A DNA stretch of 64,000 nucleotides from Candidatus Pacearchaeota archaeon (GTDB taxonomy: Archaea; Nanobdellota; Nanobdellia; Pacearchaeales; GW2011-AR1). The stretch covers positions 10,094 through 74,093 of the forward strand of contig JAGVXK010000007.1 of NCBI GenBank assembly GCA_018303825.1, given 5' to 3'. Both the position numbers and the translations under genes were made by a program. The notes beneath the pieces are model-generated. The model was not told where the DNA came from and did not search any database. It saw only the letters and a program-made list of their open reading frames with translations. Positions 45,784-54,795 of this stretch are shown here, in pieces; positions within the stretch are counted from its first letter, which is position 1; the number at the start of each line of letters is the position of its first letter.

Positions 45784-46842
45784 ATGATTAAAGAAAAAGG
45801 GGTGAAGCTAGTCAAGCCAAAATGGAAAGCGGGAAAAGAAAGAGCATTTATGAAATTTATCTCAAACATTGGAACGGCGAGGAGTATTCTATTAAGTCAT
45901 GTCCAGGATCTTGATGGAGTTGTCTCGGCGAAAGCTGTAATGGAAGGGATTCATCCAAATACATTAAAATTTGTCGATTATGTTGATTTAGATATGCAAT
46001 TTATAGAGAAATTGAGAAAAGAAAAATATGGGAAAATAATTCTTAGTGATTTGTATATAAAAAACAGGGAATTAATAAGGGAAATGGAAAAGTTTGCAGA
46101 TATTTTGATAATAGACCATCATCCTGTGCAGGATGATTACAATTCAAAGAGAACAGTTTTTATGAATGCTGATGGATACAGCGCTGCTTATCTTTGCTAT
46201 TACTTATTCTCAAAAATACGTGATTTGAAACAACTAGAGTGGCTTGTTTTATCTGCTAGTATAAGCGATTTTTGCTATACAAAGGGAAAAAAATGGATTT
46301 CTTCTACATATACTAAATATGGGGATAATTTTCAATTAGATAGGGGGTTTGCTAGGCAGCAAGGTATTATCTGGGACCTTGTGATGGATTTAAGCCTGGC
46401 TATTTCCTATTTCAAGCCAAAAACAGAAAGAGTCTATTCTTCTATAGGGAGAAACTTCGGAGACATAGGCGATTTAAAGAAGTTCTCAGATGCTGTAAGA
46501 AATGAGATAAATGTGACTATGCAAAAGTTTGAGAGAGAGAAAATACCTTTTAAAGAAGGTTATTTCTTTTATTTTGAATGCATTTTTCCAATAAGATCAT
46601 ATTTGAGCACAGAAATATCGTTAAAGATGAAGGATAAACTGATAATAATTGCGGAGAAAAAAGGCGATTATGTCACTTTAAGTGCAAGAAGGCAAGATGG
46701 GAAGGTTAATCTAAATAATCTTATTCCTAAGCTGATTAAAGGTTTTGAAAACTCCGGAGCGGGGGGCCATAAAGCTTCTGTTGGAGGTAATTTTCCTGCT
46801 AAATATCTTGATGAATTTAGAAAAAGGCTGAAAAATCTTTAA
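45784..46842 (+). CDS. DHH-family phosphoesterase
   Basis: HVQDLDG, LSD, IIDHH, SARR..GAGGHKASVG. Confidence 0.9.
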   Translation: MIKEKGVKLVKPKWKAGKERAFMKFISNIGTARSILLSHVQDLDGVVSAKAVMEGIHPNTLKFVDYVDLDMQFIEKLRKEKYGKIILSDLYIKNRELIREMEKFADILIIDHHPVQDDYNSKRTVFMNADGYSAAYLCYYLFSKIRDLKQLEWLVLSASISDFCYTKGKKWISSTYTKYGDNFQLDRGFARQQGIIWDLVMDLSLAISYFKPKTERVYSSIGRNFGDIGDLKKFSDAVRNEINVTMQKFEREKIPFKEGYFFYFECIFPIRSYLSTEISLKMKDKLIIIAEKKGDYVTLSARRQDGKVNLNNLIPKLIKGFENSGAGGHKASVGGNFPAKYLDEFRKRLKNL

Positions 46843-47050
46843 TTGAAAGCTAAAATATACTTTGTAATATATATGATATGAAAGATATTTCTTAATAGAT
46901 ATATTGTAGTATATAGGTTTGAGCATTTTGGGCTATATTCAGGGGCATAAATAAATATTTAAACTGGTTTCGACAATGAATTCTAAGCAAATTCCGTTTT
47001 GGATATGCAATTAAATGTAAAAATTGAAAGGAGGTTAAAAAAAGAGAAAT

Positions 47051-48130
47051 ATGGTATTAGATTTTGCAAAAGAAGCCATTCAGAACGCTTCTACACATTC
47101 TATAAACTTTGATGAATTAAGAGCCGGAAAGGCTAACATTAAAGTTATTGGATGCGGTGGAGCTGGATGTAATACAATAACTTGGCTTTTCAACAAAGGG
47201 ATTAATGGAGCAACCATCTATGGAATGAACACGGACGCCCTACACTTGAGTATTACCAAAGCCGATGAGAAAATTCTAATCGGTAAGGAGCTTACGAGAG
47301 GTTTGGGATGCGGAGGATTTCCACAGAAGGGGAGAGAAGCAGCTAAAGAATCACTTTCAGAGTTGAAGAAAGCAGTTACAGGGGCAGACATGGTTTTCAT
47401 ATTAGCAGGAGAGGGCGGAGGAACAGGAACAGGTTCAGCGCCTGTTGTCGGGCAACTAGCTAAGGAATCGGGAGCTGTTGTTATAGCAGTAGTCACGATG
47501 CCTTTCGAATGCGAGAGAGCAAGACATGACAAAGCAGAATTCGGATTGCAGGAATTAACAGAAGTTGTTGATACAGCAATCATAATTGATAACAACAGAC
47601 TTGTAGATATTGCTGGAAACTTGCCTATGGAGCAGGCATTTGCAGTAGCAAATGAGCTTGTATCTACAATGATTAAGGGTATTGTTGAGACAATCACCCT
47701 TCCCAGTTTGATTAACTTAGACTATGCTGATGTCAGCGCTATTATGAAGAACGGAGAAGTTGCAGTTATAGGTGTTGGAGAATCTGACACAGCTGCAAGA
47801 GTTGAAGAGGCTGTAAAGCAGGCTTTAACTCATCCATTACTAGACGTAGACTACAGAGGAGCAACTGGAGCACTGATTCACATTACATGCGGACCAGACT
47901 TTAAATTAGAGGAATTCTCTGGAGTAGGAGAGCTAGTTACAGAAAATATCAGCCAGGAGGCGCAGGTTATTATTGGGGCCAGAATTAACAAAGACTTTCA
48001 AAATAAAGTCAGAGTTATTACTATCATGACAGGTGTTAAATCGCCTTATGTTATGGGCAGAAGGCAGCAATATACACAAGCAGCACCTACATCTGAGATG
48101 TCTGAATTAGGCATAGAAGTCTTCCGTTAG
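47051..48130 (+). CDS. ftsZ: Cell division protein FtsZ
   Basis: VIGCGGAGCN, GGGTGTG tubulin signature, NLDYAD, ITIMTG; GGAGG upstream. Confidence 0.98.
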   Translation: MVLDFAKEAIQNASTHSINFDELRAGKANIKVIGCGGAGCNTITWLFNKGINGATIYGMNTDALHLSITKADEKILIGKELTRGLGCGGFPQKGREAAKESLSELKKAVTGADMVFILAGEGGGTGTGSAPVVGQLAKESGAVVIAVVTMPFECERARHDKAEFGLQELTEVVDTAIIIDNNRLVDIAGNLPMEQAFAVANELVSTMIKGIVETITLPSLINLDYADVSAIMKNGEVAVIGVGESDTAARVEEAVKQALTHPLLDVDYRGATGALIHITCGPDFKLEEFSGVGELVTENISQEAQVIIGARINKDFQNKVRVITIMTGVKSPYVMGRRQQYTQAAPTSEMSELGIEVFR

Positions 48131-48143
48131 AACCAAGGTTCTA
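48130..48143. terminator. Short hairpin between convergent genes
   Basis: AGAACC-AA-GGTTCT right after the ftsZ stop. Confidence 0.35.
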
Positions 48144-48181
48144 AGATTCCTATGCTAAGATAACGATTAGGAGAAGAAAAT

Positions 48182-48610
48182 TTATTTTTTCTTTTTATCT
48201 TCTTCCTTTTTTATTTTTTCTCGATACATTATCCACTGCGGTTTTCCAGGAAGTTTATTTTGAAAGCCCAATTTTATTGGTAACTTTGGAAAATTTATCC
48301 ACGAGTTCATCCAGCCGCGATTAGTTTTGATGAGATAGTGGCCTGCAGGGTATTTCTTATCTCTTTTTATGAAAATAATCGTTCCGTTATTCTTTATTTT
48401 ATTTTTATTTTCTTTTCTTACTTTGCTGTAAAGGTAATTGAGTCCCCTTTTTTTCAAAACTTTAGTTAAATCTCTGCAATAATATCCTTTTGTTGAGGCG
48501 TTTTTTTCATTTCTAAATAGCTTTTTTGTTTTTTTGTATGATTTATTTATTATACATGCAGTGCAAGCTATACCACAGCCCATTGAATCTTCTTGCGCAA
48601 TTGATCTCAT
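48182..48610 (-). CDS. Peptidase C39-like cysteine protease domain protein
   Basis: QEDSMGCGIAC (Q..C) and GHYL catalytic dyad pattern. Confidence 0.72.
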   Translation of the reverse strand: MRSIAQEDSMGCGIACTACIINKSYKKTKKLFRNEKNASTKGYYCRDLTKVLKKRGLNYLYSKVRKENKNKIKNNGTIIFIKRDKKYPAGHYLIKTNRGWMNSWINFPKLPIKLGFQNKLPGKPQWIMYREKIKKEEDKKKK

Positions 48611-48618
48611 TTTAGAAA

Positions 48619-49203
48619 TCAGTAAGCATCCCTATGTGCTACGTTTGGATCTTCGAAGGCGCTTGGCCGCCTGAAGCCTTCCCATTTTTCCCAGAAGATT
48701 GACCTTTCAAGAGAAAGCTTCTTTTGCTTTCCTGTTCTGCCTTTGACAGGCTTTTCATATCCTATTGGGATTATTGCCTCTACTTGGATGTGTTCAGGAA
48801 TACCAAGTATTTGTCTTATTAATTCATCTTTGTATTCGCCCACCCAGCAGGAATCTAATCCAAGGTCTGTTAACTTTAGAATTAAAGTCATTATTGTTGC
48901 TCCTGCTTGCTGTCTTGAATATACTCTTCCTCTTTCTCCATATTGTTTTTCTAAATGGGTGTCATCAGAGCAGACAACGACAAGAATTCCAGATTCAGAT
49001 ATCCAATGCTGGCTTGAAAGTTTTGCTATTTTTTCTATTGTTTCTGGGTATTCAACAATGAGAAATTTTAGATGATTCATATTTCCCGCAAATGGACCCT
49101 GGTTTGCAGCATCTATGGCAAGCATTACGTCTTTCCACGATGCTCGTTTGTCTTTAAATGATCTTGCACAATGTCTTTTGTTGATTATCTTGTCAAAATC
49201 CAT
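48619..49203 (-). CDS. Nitroreductase family protein
   Basis: RHCARSF, GPFAGN, LTDLGLDSCWVG, IIPIGY. Confidence 0.92.
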   Translation of the reverse strand: MDFDKIINKRHCARSFKDKRASWKDVMLAIDAANQGPFAGNMNHLKFLIVEYPETIEKIAKLSSQHWISESGILVVVCSDDTHLEKQYGERGRVYSRQQAGATIMTLILKLTDLGLDSCWVGEYKDELIRQILGIPEHIQVEAIIPIGYEKPVKGRTGKQKKLSLERSIFWEKWEGFRRPSAFEDPNVAHRDAY

Positions 49204-49223
49204 GTTTTACATAAGATTATAGG

Positions 49224-50318
49224 TTATTTAAGTCTTATTTCTCCGCCGCCAAGACAAACATCTTTATTGTAAAGAACAAGGTGCTGACCTTCTGCTATGC
49301 CTGAAACGGGCTTTGATAATGTGAAGATATAATTATTTTTTACTTTTTTTAATTTTCCAGGTAATAAATTTCCGAGGTGTCTTATTCTTGCTTTTAATTG
49401 ACTTGGAATTATTTGAGTATTGTTAATTAAATGAATATTTTTAATTATTATTTGTGATTTTTTTAACAACTCGTGGTCTTCCGGAACAATTATAAGTGTG
49501 TTGGGCTTTTGCTTCTCAGCAATATACCATTTTTTATTGTCTTCTTTTGGCCTTTGAAAATTAATTCCTATGCTTTTGTGTGCTCTCTGCCCAATAGTGT
49601 AATAGAAAATACCATCATGTCTTCCTATTACATGGTTGTTTGGGTTTTTAACTATTCCTGCTTTACGTTTTATTCTTTTTTCAAGGAAAGATTTCATGTT
49701 TTGTTCTCCAATAAAGCATATCCCAGAAGTGCCGTGCTTGTTCCAATTTGGAAATTTCAGTTTTTTTGCGAGATTTCTGACTTCATTCTTTTTTAGGTTG
49801 CCAATTGGGAATAAAGTGTGTTTTAAAATATCTTCGGATAGTTCATACAGAAAGTAGCTTTGGTCTTTTGTTTTATCTTTTCCAGAAAGTAATTGATAAC
49901 CTGACTTGATTTTTTTTATTCGAGCATAATGGCCTGTTGCAATAAAATCTATCTTTCTTTTCTTTGCTTCTTTTAATAACCAAGGGAATTTAATTATTTT
50001 ATTACATGAAATATCAGGGTTTGGTGTTCTTCCTGATTTGTATTCATTAAACATTAGTTTAACTACTTGGTTTTTATATTGTTTTTCTAAATCAAGAGTT
50101 ATAAAAGGAATTTCTAATTCTGTGGCTATTCTAATTGCCATTTGTCTTTCTTTTCTCCATACGCATTGGTTTGTTAATGGGTCTTTTGTGTCTGAGAAGC
50201 ATTTTAGAAAACAGCCCATTACATCATATCTTTGTTTTTTTAATAAATAAGCAGCTATAGATGAATCTACTCCACCAGACATGCCAAGCAAGACTTTTGG
50301 TTTTAGTTGTTTATTCAT
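49224..50318 (-). CDS. mnmA: Bacterial-type tRNA 2-thiouridine(34) synthase
   Basis: GMSGGVDSS PP-loop, PNPDISCNK.IKF, ATGHYARI, KDQSYFL, GICFIG, YTIGQR, GQHLVLY. Confidence 0.95.
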   Translation of the reverse strand: MNKQLKPKVLLGMSGGVDSSIAAYLLKKQRYDVMGCFLKCFSDTKDPLTNQCVWRKERQMAIRIATELEIPFITLDLEKQYKNQVVKLMFNEYKSGRTPNPDISCNKIIKFPWLLKEAKKRKIDFIATGHYARIKKIKSGYQLLSGKDKTKDQSYFLYELSEDILKHTLFPIGNLKKNEVRNLAKKLKFPNWNKHGTSGICFIGEQNMKSFLEKRIKRKAGIVKNPNNHVIGRHDGIFYYTIGQRAHKSIGINFQRPKEDNKKWYIAEKQKPNTLIIVPEDHELLKKSQIIIKNIHLINNTQIIPSQLKARIRHLGNLLPGKLKKVKNNYIFTLSKPVSGIAEGQHLVLYNKDVCLGGGEIRLK

Positions 50319-50352
50319 AATACTTTTGTGATTCTTCTATTTAAAAAGAGAA

Positions 50353-50497
50353 CGTCCCCTGGAAGATTCGAACTTCCGACCCTCTGATTTCTCTAAAGGC
50401 CTACCATCAGTAAGTCCAACTTCTAACAGTCAGATGCTCTACCGGTTGCTCCCTTCCTAACATTTTATTGTCGTGGAAAAGTCTGAGCTAAGGGGAC
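50353..50497 (-). tRNA. tRNA-Asn (GUU) with two introns (15/16: 50446-50482; 37/38: 50389-50423)
   Basis: Removing 37 nt and 35 nt gives a canonical 73-nt cloverleaf GTCCCCT-TA-GCTC-AGCCGGTA-GAGC-A-TCTGA-CTGTTAA-TCAGA-GGGTC-GGAAG-TTCGAAT-CTTCC-AGGGGAC-G. Confidence 0.9.
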
Positions 50498-50584
50498 AAA
50501 TTCATCTAATCCTAAGACTAAATGATTATTAAGAATCTGATAGTAGTTATTTAAAGCTTTTGGGATTACCATATATTGTCGCAA

Positions 50585-51109
50585 TTACTTTCCTTTCTTG
50601 TCTTTCTTTAGGCCGAGGTCATCTGGGAATTTCTTCTTTTCAGCGTTCATCCTTTCAAGGAAGTTATATACATTTGACTGCTTTGAGCCACGTATTAGGT
50701 TTGTCAGGGCAGTTATTACCTCTTGCATCAAATCTGCGGGAGCAATTATGCCTATATCATTTCCTCTTATTGCTAAATGTGAGAGGGTAATGTTTTCTAT
50801 TGCTCTTTTTGTTTTTCCCTCTGTGCCTATCAATCTTGCTCTAACATCCTCAAGCTTTTTTCTATGTGTGAATTTCTTTATATTAATATGTTGGAATAGA
50901 ATATCCTGGTCTTTCAACATTAGGGCTTTTTTTGCTGAAAAACCAAAATTAATTGCTTCAAGAACTATCATTGCTTCATATTCATCTACCGCTTCTCCAG
51001 AAATGTCCGCTTTTTTGCCGGTTATAGTTATTGAGACATTTAGCTTGTCTTCCAGTTCTTTCTTGTTTTTCTTTAATTCTTTTGTGCTGTTAAAAATTAG
51101 TGTTTCCAT
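50585..51109 (-). CDS. KH-domain ribosome biogenesis protein (Dim2/Pno1/Krr1 family)
   Basis: EAINFGFS, RARLIGTEGKTKRAIENIT, LIRGSKQSNVY. Confidence 0.9.
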   Translation of the reverse strand: METLIFNSTKELKKNKKELEDKLNVSITITGKKADISGEAVDEYEAMIVLEAINFGFSAKKALMLKDQDILFQHINIKKFTHRKKLEDVRARLIGTEGKTKRAIENITLSHLAIRGNDIGIIAPADLMQEVITALTNLIRGSKQSNVYNFLERMNAEKKKFPDDLGLKKDKKGK

Positions 51110-51163
51110 CTTAGGGCAACTGCGTTTCCTTCAAGTTCAACCTTCCCGGGATTATTTTAGTTA

Positions 51164-51463
51164 TCATAATAATTTTAGGGCAAAGGGTATTCCAGATATT
51201 TCAGATACTCCCTCTTTTGCGATTATCCCCTCTTCTAAGGCTATTTTTACTGATTCTTTGCCGACAATATTGAATGTGGCATCTTCCACAATTTCTACTT
51301 TGATTAGTTTTCTTAATTGAACTCCATTTATTTCAATATTTTTGTAGAAATTCTCCCTTAAATCAAGCTGCCTTTTTTCATCCTCGAATTTTTTTCCAAT
51401 TAATTCTGAGTCGCAAATTGCCACGACTTTTCTGTAGCTTTTGTGTATCTTTGTGCAAAACAT
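51164..51463 (-). CDS. DUF424 family protein
   Basis: VVAICDSELIGK..FY..ATFNIVG..V.IA.E.G. Confidence 0.88.
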   Translation of the reverse strand: MFCTKIHKSYRKVVAICDSELIGKKFEDEKRQLDLRENFYKNIEINGVQLRKLIKVEIVEDATFNIVGKESVKIALEEGIIAKEGVSEISGIPFALKLL

Positions 51464-51573
51464 ATTTTTATTTGATTAAATAGGGTTATAAAATTATCTA
51501 TTGAGTATAGTGTATTTTAATTGGTTTTGAACGGATAGAAATTAATTTAAATGATATCTGCTAAGAATTTTTC

Positions 51574-52683
51574 ATGTTTCAGGATGTTTTTATTATTGGG
51601 ACTACAGGAAAAGTAGGAAGAACCTTAGTCAGGCAAATGTTTGCAAATAATGATGTGGATTCAGAAAAGCATGAAAATCCAACCAGAATCATTGGTTTAG
51701 CTTCTAGTTCAGAATTTGTTCATGATTTCCAAGGAATAGGTTCTAGAACAGCCAAGGGATTTACGAATGGTTCTATGGGTGGAAGAAAGTATTATGGATT
51801 AATGGAAATTTTTGAACTCATGCAGGAGAAATATCTTCCAAGCAGACAAAATAATCTTGTTTTTGTTGATGCTACAACTGGGGGAAAGGAATTGCTTGAA
51901 CTGCATGATGAAATAATTAGTGAAAGTGATTATGGAATTGTTACAGCTAATAAGAATCCATTGGTATTGTCGGACTTTAAAACCTTTAATTTATTAACTA
52001 AGAATGTTTTCAGATATGGTTATAGGTGTTCAGTTATGGCTGGCGCTGATGCTGTTGATTTTTTGAGAGATGCTCGGGATTTGGGTGATTCTCTGCTCGG
52101 TTTAGAAGCCTGCCTTTCGGGAACTCTTGGATTTATCACAACTGAATTGCACAAAAGAAAGAATTTTTCAGATATTTTAAATGATGCTTATCATAGAGGA
52201 TATACGGAACCTAATCCTGCTGATGATTTGAGCGGGATTGATGTTGGAAAGAAGATAACAATTTTGGCAAGAACATCTGGATTTGATGTTAATTTGGAGG
52301 ATGTTGAAGTTGAATCCTTTGTTCCTATGAAATATCTTCTTGAAAAAGATCCTGAAGTTCTTATAAAAAAAATGCAAAGTTTTGACAGTTTTTTCAGGGA
52401 GAAAGTTGCTATTGCAGAAGGAAAAGGCAATGTATTAAGATATCTTGCAAGAATTGACATAAATGGAGATAAAGTTAAATTAAGAATTGGTTTGGTAGAT
52501 GTGCCAAGGGATAGCGAGTTTGGGATTTTATCTGGCAGGATAAATAAAGTAAAGATAAATACGGATACTTATAATGAGAATGATCCTTATATTGTTTCGG
52601 CTCCCGGAGCAGGATTGAATGTTACTGCTAGAAATATAAGAAGAGATTTGCTCTGGCAATTGGAGAATAGGATTGCCATTTAA
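51574..52683 (+). CDS. Stand-alone homoserine dehydrogenase (ThrA-type HSD domain)
   Basis: Rossmann GTTGKVG, FVDAT, VTANK.P, SVMAG, LSGTL, GYTEPNPADDLSG.DVGKK..ILAR, GAG..VTA. Confidence 0.85.
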   Translation: MFQDVFIIGTTGKVGRTLVRQMFANNDVDSEKHENPTRIIGLASSSEFVHDFQGIGSRTAKGFTNGSMGGRKYYGLMEIFELMQEKYLPSRQNNLVFVDATTGGKELLELHDEIISESDYGIVTANKNPLVLSDFKTFNLLTKNVFRYGYRCSVMAGADAVDFLRDARDLGDSLLGLEACLSGTLGFITTELHKRKNFSDILNDAYHRGYTEPNPADDLSGIDVGKKITILARTSGFDVNLEDVEVESFVPMKYLLEKDPEVLIKKMQSFDSFFREKVAIAEGKGNVLRYLARIDINGDKVKLRIGLVDVPRDSEFGILSGRINKVKINTDTYNENDPYIVSAPGAGLNVTARNIRRDLLWQLENRIAI

Positions 52684-52690
52684 TTTTTGT

Positions 52691-53101
52691 TTAAATCAAG
52701 CTCTTGACAGGGGATTTGGCTCCGCAGGCAAGGCAGTGCTTGAATTTTATTCCTTTTTCACTTACTATTTCAGTGTCTGGTTTCTTGCATTCATTGCATA
52801 AGACAAATTCTTTTGAGTATAGCTGCATTTTTTCATTTACTTTAATAGATGGAACTTTTGTATTTAATACCAAACGGTCATTTTCGAGTTTTCCAGAAGT
52901 TGCAAGTTCTCTTTGAAGGAATTTTCCTATATGTTCAACAGGCCTTCTGACATAACCTGCTATTTGGGAGATGTTGGTTATAATTGTATTTTTTCCCTCT
53001 ACCATTCCCTGAACTGGTGGGATTTCAAACCTATCGCTTCCTGTCTGGACTACCTTTACTTTCTTGTATGCTTCATTTAACAGGGATTCATAATCTTCCA
53101 T
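52691..53101 (-). CDS. eif2b: Translation initiation factor 2 subunit beta
   Basis: RFEIP..G..TII.N..ELAT.G; Zn ribbon CNECKKPDT..CLACGA. Confidence 0.93.
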   Translation of the reverse strand: MEDYESLLNEAYKKVKVVQTGSDRFEIPPVQGMVEGKNTIITNISQIAGYVRRPVEHIGKFLQRELATSGKLENDRLVLNTKVPSIKVNEKMQLYSKEFVLCNECKKPDTEIVSEKGIKFKHCLACGAKSPVKSLI

Positions 53102-53151
53102 AACTAGATTGAATTAATAGGGTTTATAAAGTTTGATTTCTTCCGTGAAGA

Positions 53152-53736
53152 ATGGTGGCAAAAGAGAAATTGAGGGGGAGAAGGCTTGCCTTGACTATAC
53201 TTTTGGGAATTTTTGTTGCTATAATGCTTACTATTTTTGTTAATTTGGTTGTAAGTTATTTCTATGAAGGACCTCAGTATGATAAATATTGTGCTGGTTC
53301 AATGAGGGAGCCATATCCTATAAAGTATGGCTACGATGTTGGAATCTGCCAGAATTGCACCTATTCACAGGTATTGCAAGAGCAGGTTGATTCGTGCCAG
53401 AAGGATGGGGGAAATGCAGTCTATAATTATGATTCTAGAGGCTGTACTGTAAGTTTGAAGAGCTGTGATATGTGCAATAAGGAATTCAATGACGCACAGA
53501 ATGCATACAATAGGAGGACTTTCTTTATTTATGCAATAGTCGGATTTATCTTGATAGTATTTGGATTGTTTGCTTCAAGTTTGTTGTTGCAGATAGTTTC
53601 CCTGCCTTCTGGGGCTTTCCTAGTCATTGAAGCAGCAACAAAGAATTTTGATGATAAGCTGTTTGTTATAATCACTTTCGGACTGCTTATTATTGCGGCT
53701 CTCTATTTGGCGATAAAGAAATTGAAGTTGAATTAA
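53152..53736 (+). CDS. Membrane protein with Cys-rich extracellular loop
   Basis: N-terminal TM, loop with six Cys, three C-terminal TM helices. Confidence 0.78.
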   Translation: MVAKEKLRGRRLALTILLGIFVAIMLTIFVNLVVSYFYEGPQYDKYCAGSMREPYPIKYGYDVGICQNCTYSQVLQEQVDSCQKDGGNAVYNYDSRGCTVSLKSCDMCNKEFNDAQNAYNRRTFFIYAIVGFILIVFGLFASSLLLQIVSLPSGAFLVIEAATKNFDDKLFVIITFGLLIIAALYLAIKKLKLN

Positions 53737-54038
53737 TCAGTTTCATCCAATATAATCTTCTTTTCGAATGAACCTCTCTCGTTTGCCTTGCTTTGTCTAA
53801 TTTCTTCCAAATCTGCCTTAGAAAGATTATTTGATTTTGCTATGGAATGAATAACTTCAAGAATATCTGCCAGTTCTTCAGAATTTTCTGATTTTAAATA
53901 TTCATTTACTTCTTCTAATAGTTTTTCATTCAGCTTTGATTTATATTCATGTGGAGAAGCGATATGTGTTTTTGGAACCTTTCCCTTATTATTTATTATA
54001 TCTGGAATTTTATCTCTTACTAACTTGTTATATTTCAT
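53733..54038 (-). CDS. MazG-like nucleoside triphosphate pyrophosphohydrolase
   Basis: MKYNKLVRDKIP..KL.EE..EY..EELADILEV..K..ERG.F.K. Confidence 0.9.
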   Translation of the reverse strand: MKYNKLVRDKIPDIINNKGKVPKTHIASPHEYKSKLNEKLLEEVNEYLKSENSEELADILEVIHSIAKSNNLSKADLEEIRQSKANERGSFEKKIILDETD

Positions 54039-54044
54039 TCTATT

Positions 54045-54683
54045 TTATCCGAGCCATCGAAGCCTTGATGGTCTTGGTTCGTATATGAGCCCGTCTTCAA
54101 GAAGTTTCTTTATTTCCTTATTGATTATTTCCGGAGGTTCTTTTAGTTCTAAGATTATCTTTTCTACATCAATTCCGGAATCTTTCTCTGCTTCCTTTAT
54201 CATATTGGTAAGTTTGTCTTTTAATTCTGTTAGCTTGGTTTTATCCAGGGATTTTGGCATATCTGCCTCTAATTCCAGCTTTCTTACGAGGAGGAATGAC
54301 GGTTCCTTTTTCTTTATTATTTCAGGAGTTATGTAAATTTCATTATTCCACATCCTTACCATGCCTATCACAAGGATAGTATCTCCCTGATTTAAATCAA
54401 GGAACTTATGGATATCATCTCCAAAGGATTTGACTTTTATATTTCCTGTTGCATCATCCAACGTTATTGTTGCATACTTTTTTTCATCAGAATCCTGCAC
54501 ATATTTGTCTATTATATTTGCTATTACATTGACTCTTGCTATTTGTTTTTCTTCTATTTCCAGGAATCTTAGCCTGTCTGCATCGACAATCGGTTTTCCA
54601 GAAAGGATTGAACCAATTCTTAGCTTAAATGCCACATTTCTTTTGAATTGCTGTTCTGCCATTTTCTTTTTTATCTTTGTCAA
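54045..54683 (-). CDS. RPA32/Rfa2-like OB-fold ssDNA-binding protein with C-terminal winged helix
   Basis: RVNVIA..LDDATG.I.V..GMVR..YI.PEI; C-terminal L.EDG.IYEPRP..R. Confidence 0.82.
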   Translation of the reverse strand: MTKIKKKMAEQQFKRNVAFKLRIGSILSGKPIVDADRLRFLEIEEKQIARVNVIANIIDKYVQDSDEKKYATITLDDATGNIKVKSFGDDIHKFLDLNQGDTILVIGMVRMWNNEIYITPEIIKKKEPSFLLVRKLELEADMPKSLDKTKLTELKDKLTNMIKEAEKDSGIDVEKIILELKEPPEIINKEIKKLLEDGLIYEPRPSRLRWLG

Positions 54684-54745
54684 CTATTAAGCCAATTATT
54701 ATATTATAAATCTTTATATTCTGTGAATATAGTGTTGCGATTGAT

Positions 54746-54795
54746 ATTCATTCCTCGTATTGCTATTTACATTCATTCCTCGTATTGCTATTTAC
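54746..54795. repeat. 25-bp perfect tandem duplication spanning the mcm stop
   Basis: ATTCATTCCTCGTATTGCTATTTAC at 54746-54770 and 54771-54795. Confidence 0.9.

Noticed and set aside
50598-51320. 240-aa plus-strand ORF
   Set aside because: Antisense to the KH-domain and DUF424 genes; no recognisable domain.
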